DNA of 64,000 nucleotides from Escherichia coli (GTDB lineage Bacteria; Pseudomonadota; Gammaproteobacteria; Enterobacterales; Enterobacteriaceae): NCBI RefSeq assembly GCF_001677475.2, contig NZ_CP015229.1; one strand, 5' to 3'. Shown piece by piece: positions 16,098 to 26,069 of this stretch (position 1 is its first letter; each line of letters starts with the position of its first letter). The notes under the pieces were generated by a model. It saw only the letters and a program-made list of their open reading frames with translations, ran no database searches and was not told where the DNA came from. The position numbers and the translations under genes were made by a program.

Positions 16098-16979
16098 CTA
16101 CAGCATATTCAATACATACTGGAATCGGCAGGTGGAGTCTATGGGCTGCCTGCTACTGGTATCAACACGTACTAACATATCGTGCAGTTGTCGATCGGTA
16201 ATAGGGTGCTGCGTTGGCGCCACAGTCACTTTAGCGTCATCACATCCTTCAGCAGTAAAGGTAATCAACTGATTTACAAAGCGACAATACGCGCCGCGTT
16301 CATCCATTTTACTGCCATCGCAGAGCTGACCATCTTTCATCAGGTAGGTCGATAAGTTTTGTTCAATCACTGACCCTGTTGATTTCAGATTCAAAACCTT
16401 ACTGTGTTCAACACGGCTGTCACTCCAGGAGATATCATAATTTGTTAATGGCTCACCTGGGCAGGTTGTTGTATAGGTTGTAGGCCCCCTATAATATTCA
16501 ACTCTCGGTTGATAATTATAATATACAGTATCAGTACTGTTCGCCGTCATCCCCACCATCCACGGACACGTCTCTGCCGAACCGTTGACCTCTATGGTCA
16601 TGACAACATCGGAGCATCTCCAGTTGAAATTGGGATCAATCTCTTTAACACCCGGACAATGGGAATCTTGTGTATAATCGCTCGAGCGGACTGTGATTTT
16701 GGGGGCTGGAATATTTCCCGGCCCGGTCCATGAATGATTAGGAAGATCCCCATACTTGACGCCATGGTCGGTATTTTGATAGTACACCCCATGATAAACC
16801 CCATTGGTAGTGAGTAAATCAAGGTAGAATTGAAGCGTTGCATTTCCGGCAATCGTACCATAGTAGACTGTCACATTATTATAGACTGCCCCCAGTTTCG
16901 CCTGAGCTCCCTGGCTAAAGAACAGCACCAGCATGGCGCAAAGCAGTAATCGTATTTTTTTCATCTTATATATACTCAA
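16098..16979 (-). CDS. yfcO: secreted DUF2544-family protein, first gene region of yfc chaperone-usher fimbrial cluster (putative tip adhesin)
   Basis: 293-aa ORF; probable start at internal MKKIRLLLCAMLVLFFSQGAQA signal peptide (about 16964); Cys-rich secreted protein. Confidence 0.8.
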   Translation of the reverse strand: MSIYKMKKIRLLLCAMLVLFFSQGAQAKLGAVYNNVTVYYGTIAGNATLQFYLDLLTTNGVYHGVYYQNTDHGVKYGDLPNHSWTGPGNIPAPKITVRSSDYTQDSHCPGVKEIDPNFNWRCSDVVMTIEVNGSAETCPWMVGMTANSTDTVYYNYQPRVEYYRGPTTYTTTCPGEPLTNYDISWSDSRVEHSKVLNLKSTGSVIEQNLSTYLMKDGQLCDGSKMDERGAYCRFVNQLITFTAEGCDDAKVTVAPTQHPITDRQLHDMLVRVDTSSRQPIDSTCRFQYVLNML

Positions 16980-17505
16980 AGGTTGCCGTCAGGTTGGCGG
17001 TAAAATCACCGAGCGTGACATCGCGACCGCTTTTCGCCTGCAGCCAGGCCCTGAAATGAATATCATTACTTCCATCGCTGAGCGTAAATTTCGCCCCTGT
17101 CGGGTTGTTAATTGCCACCCGCACACCATCGATCGTTTCCATCCCAATTCCGACGCCCTGAGCGGTTGAAGTGGTATCCAGCGCGAGGAAACCCGGCTGT
17201 TCGCTGTCTTCCGTACCGGTAAGGGTCACCTGCACCTGGTAACTCGCCGGCCCCTTGCAATCTTTTAGCTTAAACACCACCGGAACGTGCGGGGATTCCC
17301 CTGCGACCATAAGATCCTGACGACTGATGGCAGGAAAATGCACTTCTGCCAGATTTCCGCCATCAACCACCAGCGTGCAGGAACGGCTTAATAAGTTGCC
17401 TGAAAAATGCAGGTTGTTATCCACGGCCAGGGCACAAGTGCCACCGGTCAACAGCAGCCCCGCTAACAGCGCGTAGCCGAACGAATAAATGCGTCCTGTC
17501 TTCAT
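16966..17505 (-). CDS. yfcP: fimbrial subunit-like protein
   Basis: 179-aa ORF with signal peptide and C-terminal fimbrial beta-strand (TATFEYI). Confidence 0.85.
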   Translation of the reverse strand: MKTGRIYSFGYALLAGLLLTGGTCALAVDNNLHFSGNLLSRSCTLVVDGGNLAEVHFPAISRQDLMVAGESPHVPVVFKLKDCKGPASYQVQVTLTGTEDSEQPGFLALDTTSTAQGVGIGMETIDGVRVAINNPTGAKFTLSDGSNDIHFRAWLQAKSGRDVTLGDFTANLTATFEYI

Positions 17506-17990
17506 TGATAATCCACCCGTAATGTTGCATAGGCCGAAAACGTGGTATCACTCAACACCGCATCAGCCGATTTCACCGGCACAGCTTCCAGCTTCGGCTT
17601 TTGCGTAAAATCGGTGGCGTTAATGGCAAGCGGCGTATTCAGCTTAAAACGCTGACCATCGTGCCGAAGCTCAATACCAAAACCGGGAACATCTGTTTCG
17701 ATAGCCGAGTCGTTATACGTGGTCTGCGTACCCGTCCATGTGAGCGTCATAATCCAGTCGGGCTCGCGTACTGCGGAGTCACAGCTCAGGTCATAGTTCA
17801 CTTCCCTGCGACCATAATCCCCGTTGATGCTGTCGATGATAAGATCGCGAAATTCCACTTCAATGGTCTTTCCCTCGCTAATGGTACAGGCTGGAGGTGA
17901 CACCAGCGTACCGTGAAAGGTGATGTCTTCATTTGCTGCCAGAGCCACGCCGCCACAGATGCAGAGTAAAAGTAATGAGAGTTTTTTCAC
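17502..17990 (-). CDS. yfcQ: fimbrial subunit-like protein
   Basis: 162-aa ORF with signal peptide; C-terminus ATLRVDYQ. Confidence 0.85.
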   Translation of the reverse strand: MKKLSLLLLCICGGVALAANEDITFHGTLVSPPACTISEGKTIEVEFRDLIIDSINGDYGRREVNYDLSCDSAVREPDWIMTLTWTGTQTTYNDSAIETDVPGFGIELRHDGQRFKLNTPLAINATDFTQKPKLEAVPVKSADAVLSDTTFSAYATLRVDYQ

Positions 17991-18502
17991 TGGTAATCCA
18001 CCACCATCGTCATACTGGCGTTAAATTCCGCTGGCGTAAGCTGCACTCCGCTCTGTTTTACCGGCACCGCTTTGAGACTGGGCAACTGGTTAACATTGAA
18101 ATCAGACCAGTTACCTTCACCCACTTTAAACAGGGTGTTATCGGCACCGTTTTCAATGCGGATACCCAGGCCTGAAATTTGCGTCGCAATGACCGTTTCC
18201 CCGTTAATCACGGTGGTGGAGCCTTTAAGCTGCATCCGCAGATCATCAACACCTGATGCCTTGTTACCGCAGTTCAGGGTATAAAGCGCCCCCGTCGTAC
18301 GGTAATTTGTGCCATTGATTTTGCTAATGTACACATTGCCAAATTCAACATTGCTCCCCTTCACGGAACAGGGCGGTGGCCCATCCACCAGAACGCGCAA
18401 CGTTAATAACACCGGTTTACTTTCTCCCGCGACGGCCATGTTGCCCGTCAGCCAGCCGCTCAGGAGAAAAATGCCCGTTCCCACCAGAAACGTGTATTTC
18501 AT
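17987..18502 (-). CDS. yfcR: fimbrial subunit-like protein
   Basis: 171-aa ORF with signal peptide; C-terminus SMTMVVDYQ. Confidence 0.85.
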   Translation of the reverse strand: MKYTFLVGTGIFLLSGWLTGNMAVAGESKPVLLTLRVLVDGPPPCSVKGSNVEFGNVYISKINGTNYRTTGALYTLNCGNKASGVDDLRMQLKGSTTVINGETVIATQISGLGIRIENGADNTLFKVGEGNWSDFNVNQLPSLKAVPVKQSGVQLTPAEFNASMTMVVDYQ

Positions 18503-18517
18503 AAGACTCTCCCGGCA

Positions 18518-19270
18518 TCAGCCTTTGCGGCTCTGCTCTGCATCCACCTGGCAACTATTGCCGTTGCATTTAAAGATCAGCGAAAGTCGCGCGCCGTAGT
18601 CGTTGACGTAAGTCAGCACCGGCACACTGTCCATCTTCACATTCAGCGGTGCGGATGTTTTCGGCGGCATTACCAGCGGCGTAAATCCGGCTGCCGGATT
18701 ACCATTTTTCTGGGTACTGGCGTTGCTGAGGATCACGTAATACGGCGTTGGGTTATTAACGGTGAAGGCCTGCCCATTGCGGGTTAAAGTCACCTTGTGC
18801 TGCCACGGATCTCTCATGTTGATTTCTGCCAGCGCCTTCGGTCGCCAGAACAGTTTGATACGCGTTTGCAGAGCAATTTGCAGGGTGTTCGGTTTGTTCG
18901 ATTTTGGCGGGATTTCACGCACGTTAAAGTAGAACATGCTCTCACGATCGGCAGGTAACTTGCTGATATCCGGCATTCCCTGGACTTTTACCTGACCATT
19001 CATCATCGCATCAATGCGCTGTACCGGCGGCAGAACCGTCAATGGCGAACTGATTTTGTTGCCCTTTTCGTCTTCTATCCAGCTTTGCGCCAGATATGGC
19101 AGCTTAGGGTCGTTATTGCGCAACGTGACGCTGATGGATTTGTCACTTTCTTTGAAGATCAGGCGGGTGCGGTCGGGCGTTACCGATGCGTGGGTTGTAA
19201 AACTGGCGGCGGTCACCAGCAGCGCCAGCGCCGGGGCAACCATTTTTGCGGTATTAGTCTGTGTATACAT
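18518..19270 (-). CDS. yfcS: periplasmic pilus chaperone (PapD-like)
   Basis: 250-aa ORF with signal peptide and chaperone-like sequence (RLIFKESDKSISVTLRNN...). Confidence 0.88.
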   Translation of the reverse strand: MYTQTNTAKMVAPALALLVTAASFTTHASVTPDRTRLIFKESDKSISVTLRNNDPKLPYLAQSWIEDEKGNKISSPLTVLPPVQRIDAMMNGQVKVQGMPDISKLPADRESMFYFNVREIPPKSNKPNTLQIALQTRIKLFWRPKALAEINMRDPWQHKVTLTRNGQAFTVNNPTPYYVILSNASTQKNGNPAAGFTPLVMPPKTSAPLNVKMDSVPVLTYVNDYGARLSLIFKCNGNSCQVDAEQSRKG

Positions 19271-19289
19271 GGATCATTCCTTAATCACG

Positions 19290-21938
19290 TTATTGGTTAG
19301 CGGAGATAGCGACTGGCGGTGTACCCGGAGTGAGCTGCTGCGTCTGTTCCTGAATCACCGGTTTGATTTCCAGCGGAGTGGCAGGCTCCACCGCGCCTTT
19401 TTGCTTACACGGCAGTAACAGGCCGTTGAACAGATCGGCAGGCAGCGGGTCTGGCAGGGAGATCTCACAGTGGGAAGCCCCATTCCATGAGACACTCATA
19501 CGTTCGCCAGCTTTTACCCCGGCCAGATAGACGTTGCCGTCATCGTCAACCAGGCCGACCTGCTGGTCGTGTTCGTTTTTCACTTCTGCACCAAATGGCG
19601 GATAACTACCATCACTCATGCGCAGGACAGCCATCGCCTTTTGCCCACTGATGACCGCAAATTTACGGTAGCCAATGGCTCCTTCGGTGAGCGTCGCCTG
19701 AACCACTGACTGCGTGGCTTCGGCATTCTCTGGCAGTTTAGTCAGGTCAATAGTGGCCTGGTTACGGTAGTAGTTATTGACGTCCGCAATAACAGCTTTA
19801 CCGAACATGTTGGTGTACACCGCTGAACCGTTACCTTCGACCGGTACGTCAGCCACGCCGTCAGCGTCGATAAGCAGGCGCGTACCGCCCATGTTTTGAG
19901 TACGATGCAACGCGCCACCGTGCGCCGTTAACGTGGCTCCGCCTTGCAGCGACAAGCCGGCAGAAGTGTATTGCCCTTCATGGTAGTTAGCACTCAGATC
20001 CACGTGTGCCATTGAACCGTCATGGCTGTAATAGCCATCCACGCTGGAGTGATTTTCACTGCTGCCAACGTTTATCTGATAGTGGCTGGCGTCATCAATA
20101 CGGTTGAAGTATCCCACCTGACTGCTGTCTGAACCGCTACCGTAGTTGCCGTTGTAACTCACGGTGCTGTTATCACCCCACGGCATACTTAAGGAGATAT
20201 AGACGCCTTTGTCGGCGCTGTTGTCATACTCGTAGCGATAACCCGTCAGGGAGATACTCATGTTACGAATGCCGCCCATGTTAAAATAATGGGAGAGCAT
20301 GACGTTGTAGTTGGTCTGCTCCTCGCGATCCCAGTATGTATGACGCGTATAGTTCAGGTAAACAGAAACACCAACATCCCTGAAGTTCTGGTTATAGGTG
20401 GCGGTGTACATCTCTTTATCATTGCCGGCGCGAACCATTTCGCTGTCATTCGCGTCCAGATACTCGCTCATGGTCATATAGTTTTCTTCAGAGAAGCGGT
20501 ATCCGGCGAAGGTGACGCGGCTGTTTAGATCATCAAAGTCTTTGGAGTAACTGACGCGGAAAGAGTTACCGTCGAGCGTCCCCTTGCCGTAAGCGGTTGA
20601 ATCGTCAAGTCGGGTATGTGAGTGGGTAATATCAAACGCCATCGCGCCGAAAATGGAGAGATCGCGCCCGATGCCAAGCGCGGCAGACTGGTAGTTTTCA
20701 TCGCCCAGCGCCCCGCCGTACAGCGACCAGCCATTGGCTACCCCCCAGGACGCTTCACCACCGGAGAAGAATCCGCCCTGTACATGGTGTCCCCACTCCT
20801 GCGGGCGCCCCATCATCACTTTATAGCGCACCTGACCCGGGCGCGTCAGGAACGGCATGGAAGCGGTGCTGATGTCATACTCCTGCACCTGGCCGTTCAG
20901 CTCTTCAATGCGCACATGCAGCGTACCAGAGTTAAATTCACCGAGATCCTGAATACGGAATGGCCCGGCAGGCACCTGGGTTTCATAAATTATGCGCCCT
21001 GCCTGACTAACGGTGACTTTCGCCGCCGTATGCGCCACGCCGGAAATATCCGGAGCATAGCCGCGCAGGTTCGGCGGCAACATTTGATCGTCGGTGCTGA
21101 TGCTACCGCCGATGTAGTTAAAACCATCAAAAATATCAGAATCGAGGTAGTCTTCGCCGAGTGCCAGTTTGGCTTTCAGGCTCGGTAACGCACGCCAGGC
21201 GTAGTAACGGCTCCAGTCCCAGTTTCTCTCGGTGCTGTTATCCGTCTCTTCATCGTTACTGCGGGTATGCTGATAATCACTCTGCCAGTCGGCGCGCAGG
21301 CGCCACGGCCCAAGGTTAACGCCAACCGTACCATTTCCGCTGATGTCGTTGCTGTCATCGCCGCCATTTTCTTCGTGTCGGGTTTGGGCGTTGATGCTGT
21401 AATCGGCAATGAAACCGGGAATGCCATCATCCCAGCGTGAAGGTGGGTCCCAGTCTACATCGCTGTATTCAAGATAAGCCTGCGGTAAGGTGATGAGCAG
21501 TGCGAACTGACTTAAATCAGCACGTATTTCCAGACCGTCAAGTTGACCTGGTTTGAGGCATTTACCATCGCGATCCCATTGCAATTTTTGTGCAATATCT
21601 TCTTTAAAACCAAGCTGCGCCACCAGCTCTGGCGACAGGCAGGCGTAAGTTTTATTTTTATCGTTTTCTGACGCATACCAGTAAATATCATATTCATCAG
21701 GTAACGGCTGTTTATTTACCTGAACCTGTAAATTATATTTACCCGGTTCAACATAACCCTGGCTGGAAAAACGCTTCAGATCAATTTTCGTGTCGCCTTT
21801 TAATTCCAGAAAACGGGAATCAAACTGAATATCTTCGTCGGCCCAGGCATTGATATGGCATCCAGATATTGCCATAGCAACGCACCAGGGAAGCGCCCGT
21901 AAGCGGAAAAGGGAATGGTCAGGCATACACGTATCCAT
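19290..21938 (-). CDS. yfcU: outer-membrane fimbrial usher, uninterrupted reading frame
   Basis: Single 882-codon ORF of usher size; probable start at MPDHSLFRLRALPWCVAMAISG signal sequence a few codons inside the track ORF. Confidence 0.85.
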   Translation of the reverse strand: MDTCMPDHSLFRLRALPWCVAMAISGCHINAWADEDIQFDSRFLELKGDTKIDLKRFSSQGYVEPGKYNLQVQVNKQPLPDEYDIYWYASENDKNKTYACLSPELVAQLGFKEDIAQKLQWDRDGKCLKPGQLDGLEIRADLSQFALLITLPQAYLEYSDVDWDPPSRWDDGIPGFIADYSINAQTRHEENGGDDSNDISGNGTVGVNLGPWRLRADWQSDYQHTRSNDEETDNSTERNWDWSRYYAWRALPSLKAKLALGEDYLDSDIFDGFNYIGGSISTDDQMLPPNLRGYAPDISGVAHTAAKVTVSQAGRIIYETQVPAGPFRIQDLGEFNSGTLHVRIEELNGQVQEYDISTASMPFLTRPGQVRYKVMMGRPQEWGHHVQGGFFSGGEASWGVANGWSLYGGALGDENYQSAALGIGRDLSIFGAMAFDITHSHTRLDDSTAYGKGTLDGNSFRVSYSKDFDDLNSRVTFAGYRFSEENYMTMSEYLDANDSEMVRAGNDKEMYTATYNQNFRDVGVSVYLNYTRHTYWDREEQTNYNVMLSHYFNMGGIRNMSISLTGYRYEYDNSADKGVYISLSMPWGDNSTVSYNGNYGSGSDSSQVGYFNRIDDASHYQINVGSSENHSSVDGYYSHDGSMAHVDLSANYHEGQYTSAGLSLQGGATLTAHGGALHRTQNMGGTRLLIDADGVADVPVEGNGSAVYTNMFGKAVIADVNNYYRNQATIDLTKLPENAEATQSVVQATLTEGAIGYRKFAVISGQKAMAVLRMSDGSYPPFGAEVKNEHDQQVGLVDDDGNVYLAGVKAGERMSVSWNGASHCEISLPDPLPADLFNGLLLPCKQKGAVEPATPLEIKPVIQEQTQQLTPGTPPVAISANQ

Positions 21939-21965
21939 CCATGGTTATTTAAAGACTATCGAAAC

Positions 21966-22005
21966 GCTAAAAACCCCTCATAGCATTGCTGCTATGAGGG
22001 GACAT
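21966..22005 (-). terminator. putative rho-independent terminator downstream of yfcV
   Basis: cccctcatagc-attgct-gctatgagggg hairpin flanked by AAAAA on the plus strand (U-tract on the minus strand). Confidence 0.6.
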
Positions 22006-22008
22006 ACC

Positions 22009-22565
22009 TTAGAGATAGGTAATCTGGAAGGTGGTATTAGCTTCAAAACCACCCAGGTCCGGCGCGTCAGTCGCACCTACCAGCCAGGCTTTAAAGTTTG
22101 CTTCGGTTTGCCTTTGGAGGTTGCAGTATCTTTTACGATCTGCTGATTAATGCCAGCGCCACTTTTGTAAGAGGTTCCTTGTTGATCACCAATCGCCAGG
22201 CTCACGTTGTTAAACGCCGCACCGGTATCAGTATTAAAAATGGTGTAATAGTTGCCGCTATTCGCCGTAGACACAGTACCGGTGAAGGTAGTGGTCATGG
22301 TAGTTTGGGTATCAAACACGCAGTCCTGCAAACGAATCTGGAAATCTTTCGGCGTGGTAGTGCCGTTGTTTTTCAGTTTATCTGCACCGATATTACCCAT
22401 ATCCACTTCCAGTTTGTGATCGTCTGGTACGATTGAGCAAACTGAATCTTCAATGGTGCCGTAAAAACGGGCAGTACCGTTGTTACCTTCTGCGAAAGAA
22501 GATGTTGAAGTGAACGCACCCATTACCATTGCTGCTGCAATAGCTGTTTTTACAAACTTACTCAT
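22009..22565 (-). pseudogene. yfcV: major fimbrial subunit gene with a frameshift near the 3' end
   Basis: ORF frame ends ...KGKPKQTLKPGW* at 22077, but a different frame continues ...NFKAWLVGATDAPDLGGFEANTTFQITYL* to a stop at 22009-22011, a canonical fimbrial-subunit C-terminal strand. Confidence 0.6.
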
Positions 22566-23195
22566 TATTTGTCCTTAAACCATAAATAATTAGAATATAA
22601 GCCAACTGAAATATTGACGATAAAATCCCTCAATCTTTCTTCAGCAGCTTTTAACCAACCATTGAATAGGATTTCTGATCCATAAAATACGGGTTGCACG
22701 AGATGATATTCTTTGGCGTGGCGGCAATGTTGATATTTTAATGAGACTGATTCAATTTAAATTTACTAACAACGCAGTGTAGAAATTTTTAAATAATCAA
22801 CAGCACAAATAATAGATTGAGGATTATCTCAAAAAGCAGCAGAACATTTCATCAAAACGGTACAAACACTTTATACCATGAATGATTCTGGATCATAAAA
22901 CAGCTAAAAATAAATATGGCAATTGTGATTTTAGCTTCTCGAAGATATAATATTAATCTTTCTAAATTAATATTATATCAAGACCCAAAAATATCTACTC
23001 GGCAATGTCATCTTTTATTTTTTAACACCTCTTTTCGAAAAATAATAACCCATGCAAAAAAGCAACAATTACTTCCATATGTAACTTTGTGAAAATAAAT
23101 AAGCGCCATTGCTATAAATGGAAACATTTATTTTTTCACACCAGGACGATTAAACGCATTTAAATAGCAATAATTTCAATACAGTAAGCAAAACT

Positions 23196-23225
23196 AAGGC
23201 CCGACAGCATACGCCAGCGGGCCTT
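23196..23225 (-). terminator. putative terminator downstream of sixA
   Basis: aaggcccg...cgggcctt inverted repeat immediately 3' of the sixA stop, followed on the minus strand by tagttttg. Confidence 0.45.
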
Positions 23226-23236
23226 ACACGTTCATA

Positions 23237-23722
23237 TCAAATTGCTTTTGCCATCTTCAGATTACACGGGCTCATCTGCCAGTTGAATTGACCTTTTCCG
23301 CTTTCATCAAGCGTTACGCTGGCAATGGCCGAGGTGGTAAACATAGGCGGCGTTTCACCCGGACATAACTCGGCGACCAGATACCCGACTAATGGTAAAT
23401 GGGAGATCACCAGTACCGAAGCAACACCTTCATTGGTCAACGCCTGCAGATAGGCACTGACCAGGCCAACATCGCCGCAGGGCGTTAACTCCGGCAGAAC
23501 TTCTGCACTGGAAGGCAGGTTCAGACAATCCCCTACTTCGTCCAGTGTTTGCTCGGCTCGCAGGAACGGGCTCACCAGAACGCGTTCGATTTCCACTTTT
23601 TGACCTTTCAGCCAGTTCGCCATCAGGCGAGATTCGTCACAACCGTTAGTGGTCAGAGGACGAACCGAATCACTGGCGGCATCGAGGGCTGCGTCGCCGT
23701 GACGCATGATAAAAACTTGCAT
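23237..23722 (-). CDS. sixA: phosphohistidine phosphatase
   Basis: 161-aa ORF MQVFIMRHGDAALDAASDSVRPLTTNG... (RHG catalytic motif). Confidence 0.92.
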   Translation of the reverse strand: MQVFIMRHGDAALDAASDSVRPLTTNGCDESRLMANWLKGQKVEIERVLVSPFLRAEQTLDEVGDCLNLPSSAEVLPELTPCGDVGLVSAYLQALTNEGVASVLVISHLPLVGYLVAELCPGETPPMFTTSAIASVTLDESGKGQFNWQMSPCNLKMAKAI

Positions 23723-23924
23723 ATTGCACCGCTTTTGTTAACCAGATTCGCCCGTTTTCTTTCATCTGAAACCAGAGAAAGAAAACGGTGGCCGGCATTG
23801 TGCCTTATCCATTCACCGAATGAAACGCTGTTTTTTACCTCAATGGCGTAAGTATAGTCAATATGCGTTTACATTTTGAACAACACTCCGCCATTCAGCG
23901 CGGATTCATATAGCTTTGACCTTC

Positions 23925-26069
23925 TTATTGCAGGTCAGTTGCAGTTGTTTTCCAAAAACTTTCCCCACGCGCGCCCATCTCGACCAAACGCTCGCAAGGG
24001 GTAAAACGGGAACCATACTGCGTGGCCAGTCGTTGCATTATTGCAACCACTTCGCCCGCGCCGAGAGAATCGATATAGCGGAACGGTCCACCAAGAAATG
24101 GCGGAAAACCAATGCCAAATACCGCGCCAATATCCCCGTCACGCACGCTACGGATAACCTGCTCATCAACACAACGTACTGCTTCATTCAGCATCAACAT
24201 CACACACCGTTCAGCAACCTGCGGTGCGGAGAGTCGCCCCTGCCCTTGTGCGCCAATGAGCGGGTAAATGGCAGGATCGACCTGTTTTTTGCTTTTACGC
24301 CCTTTCTGACCATAAAGATAGAAACCCCGACCATTTTTTCTGCCTTTGCGATCGTCGTTCAAAATTGAAGAAACAACATTTGCAGGCGCGCTAAAACGTT
24401 CTCCATAAGCGGCTTCCAGTACAGGAATAATTTTAGTCCCGGTGTCGATTCCTACCTCATCCAAAAGTTGGATTGGGCCTACCGGAAAACCAAATTTCAC
24501 TAGCGCGGCATCAATGCGCTCTACCCGTTCACCTTGGGTCAACATGCGGATAGCTTCATTAATGTAAGGCGCTAAGATGCGATTGACGTAAAACCCGGCT
24601 TTGTCACGCACGACAATGGGCGTTTTGCCCTGTTTTTTCGCCAGTTTTACCGTGGTGGCGATGGTTTGCGCCGATGTACCCGCATGAGGAATAATCTCTA
24701 CCAGCGGCATTTTTTCCACCGGACTGAAGAAATGCAGGCCAATAACTTGCTCAGGTCGCGTGGCGTGAGCGGCGATATCACAAATCGGTAAAGATGAGGT
24801 ATTCGAAGCAAAAATGGTATGAGCGGCGCAGTTTTGCTCAACTTCTGCCACCATCTGTTGTTTTAATTCGAGATTTTCAAATACTGCTTCAATAATCAGA
24901 TCGCGATGAGCAAAGCCGCGATAATCCGTCGTTCCCGAAATTAATGCCAGCTGTTTGTCGCGTTCGCTGGCTTTGAGATGACGACGGCGCACTTTACTCT
25001 CCAGCTGATCCCAACTGTATTTCAGTGCATGATTAATCCCCTGAGCGTTGATATCTTTAATTCGTACCGGCAGACCCGCTTTACAGGCAGTGACATAAGC
25101 AATACCGCCGCCCATCAAGCCGCCGCCTAAAATCCCCACGCTGTTTAAGGGAGCGGGGGCAACATTGCTGCCAGGATCTTTCTTTACGTCAGTACTGGCA
25201 AAAAAGATATTACGCAGAGCCTGCGATTGTGATGTCATCGCCAGTTCACCAAAGGCTCGAGCTTCAGCGTCATAGCCGCTACTGGTGCCCTGTGCTAACC
25301 CTGTCTCGACAACCTCAAGAATACGTTTTGTCGCCGGGTAGTTGCCCTGGGTTTTCTGTTCTGTTTTTTTGCTTACCATTTTGAATAACAGCGCACGACC
25401 TAATGGCCCCGCCATCACACGTTCGCGAACCGGGAGTGTCCGCGAAACCGGACGATCCTGCTTCGCCAGCTCTACAGCGGCTTCCAGTAAAATGGATTTC
25501 GGAACGACGTCATCCACCAGCCCCAGCTTTACCGCCTGTTTTGCCCGAAGCTGCTTGCCGGTGAGGATCATCTCTAATGCTGTGCTGACACCTATCAGGC
25601 GCGGTAAACGCTGGGTTCCACCTGAACCGGGTAACAACCCAAGCTGAACTTCAGGCAAACCGAGCACCGTTTTAGGATCGTCAGTACAAACACGACCGTG
25701 GCACGCCAGCGCCAACTCCAGTCCACCGCCCAGGCAAGCGCCGTGAATGGCGGCAATAACCGGAACTGGCAAGGCGTGAATTTCCGCCATCAGCTGTTGC
25801 CCCTGCCGCGCCAGTGCTTCCGCTTCTTGCGCCGTTTTGCAGTTGCCGATCATGTTGATATCCGCGCCGGCAATAAAGTTGTCCGGTTTCGCGGAGATAA
25901 ACACCACGCCGCGCAGATCTTTATTTTCGCGGAGTTGCTTAATAATGGCGCGTACCTGAGAGGAAAACTCCGCCTTCAGGGTGTTCATTTTCTCGCCAGG
26001 AACATCAATGGTGATGACGGCAATGTTGTCCAGACGCATATTGAGGGTAAATGCTGATGCCATTTCCAT
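23925..26069 (-). CDS. fadJ: anaerobic fatty-acid oxidation complex alpha subunit (enoyl-CoA hydratase / 3-hydroxyacyl-CoA dehydrogenase)
   Basis: 714-aa ORF with N-terminal crotonase fold and C-terminal NAD-binding [10 protein letters not shown]. Confidence 0.93.
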   Translation of the reverse strand: MEMASAFTLNMRLDNIAVITIDVPGEKMNTLKAEFSSQVRAIIKQLRENKDLRGVVFISAKPDNFIAGADINMIGNCKTAQEAEALARQGQQLMAEIHALPVPVIAAIHGACLGGGLELALACHGRVCTDDPKTVLGLPEVQLGLLPGSGGTQRLPRLIGVSTALEMILTGKQLRAKQAVKLGLVDDVVPKSILLEAAVELAKQDRPVSRTLPVRERVMAGPLGRALLFKMVSKKTEQKTQGNYPATKRILEVVETGLAQGTSSGYDAEARAFGELAMTSQSQALRNIFFASTDVKKDPGSNVAPAPLNSVGILGGGLMGGGIAYVTACKAGLPVRIKDINAQGINHALKYSWDQLESKVRRRHLKASERDKQLALISGTTDYRGFAHRDLIIEAVFENLELKQQMVAEVEQNCAAHTIFASNTSSLPICDIAAHATRPEQVIGLHFFSPVEKMPLVEIIPHAGTSAQTIATTVKLAKKQGKTPIVVRDKAGFYVNRILAPYINEAIRMLTQGERVERIDAALVKFGFPVGPIQLLDEVGIDTGTKIIPVLEAAYGERFSAPANVVSSILNDDRKGRKNGRGFYLYGQKGRKSKKQVDPAIYPLIGAQGQGRLSAPQVAERCVMLMLNEAVRCVDEQVIRSVRDGDIGAVFGIGFPPFLGGPFRYIDSLGAGEVVAIMQRLATQYGSRFTPCERLVEMGARGESFWKTTATDLQ

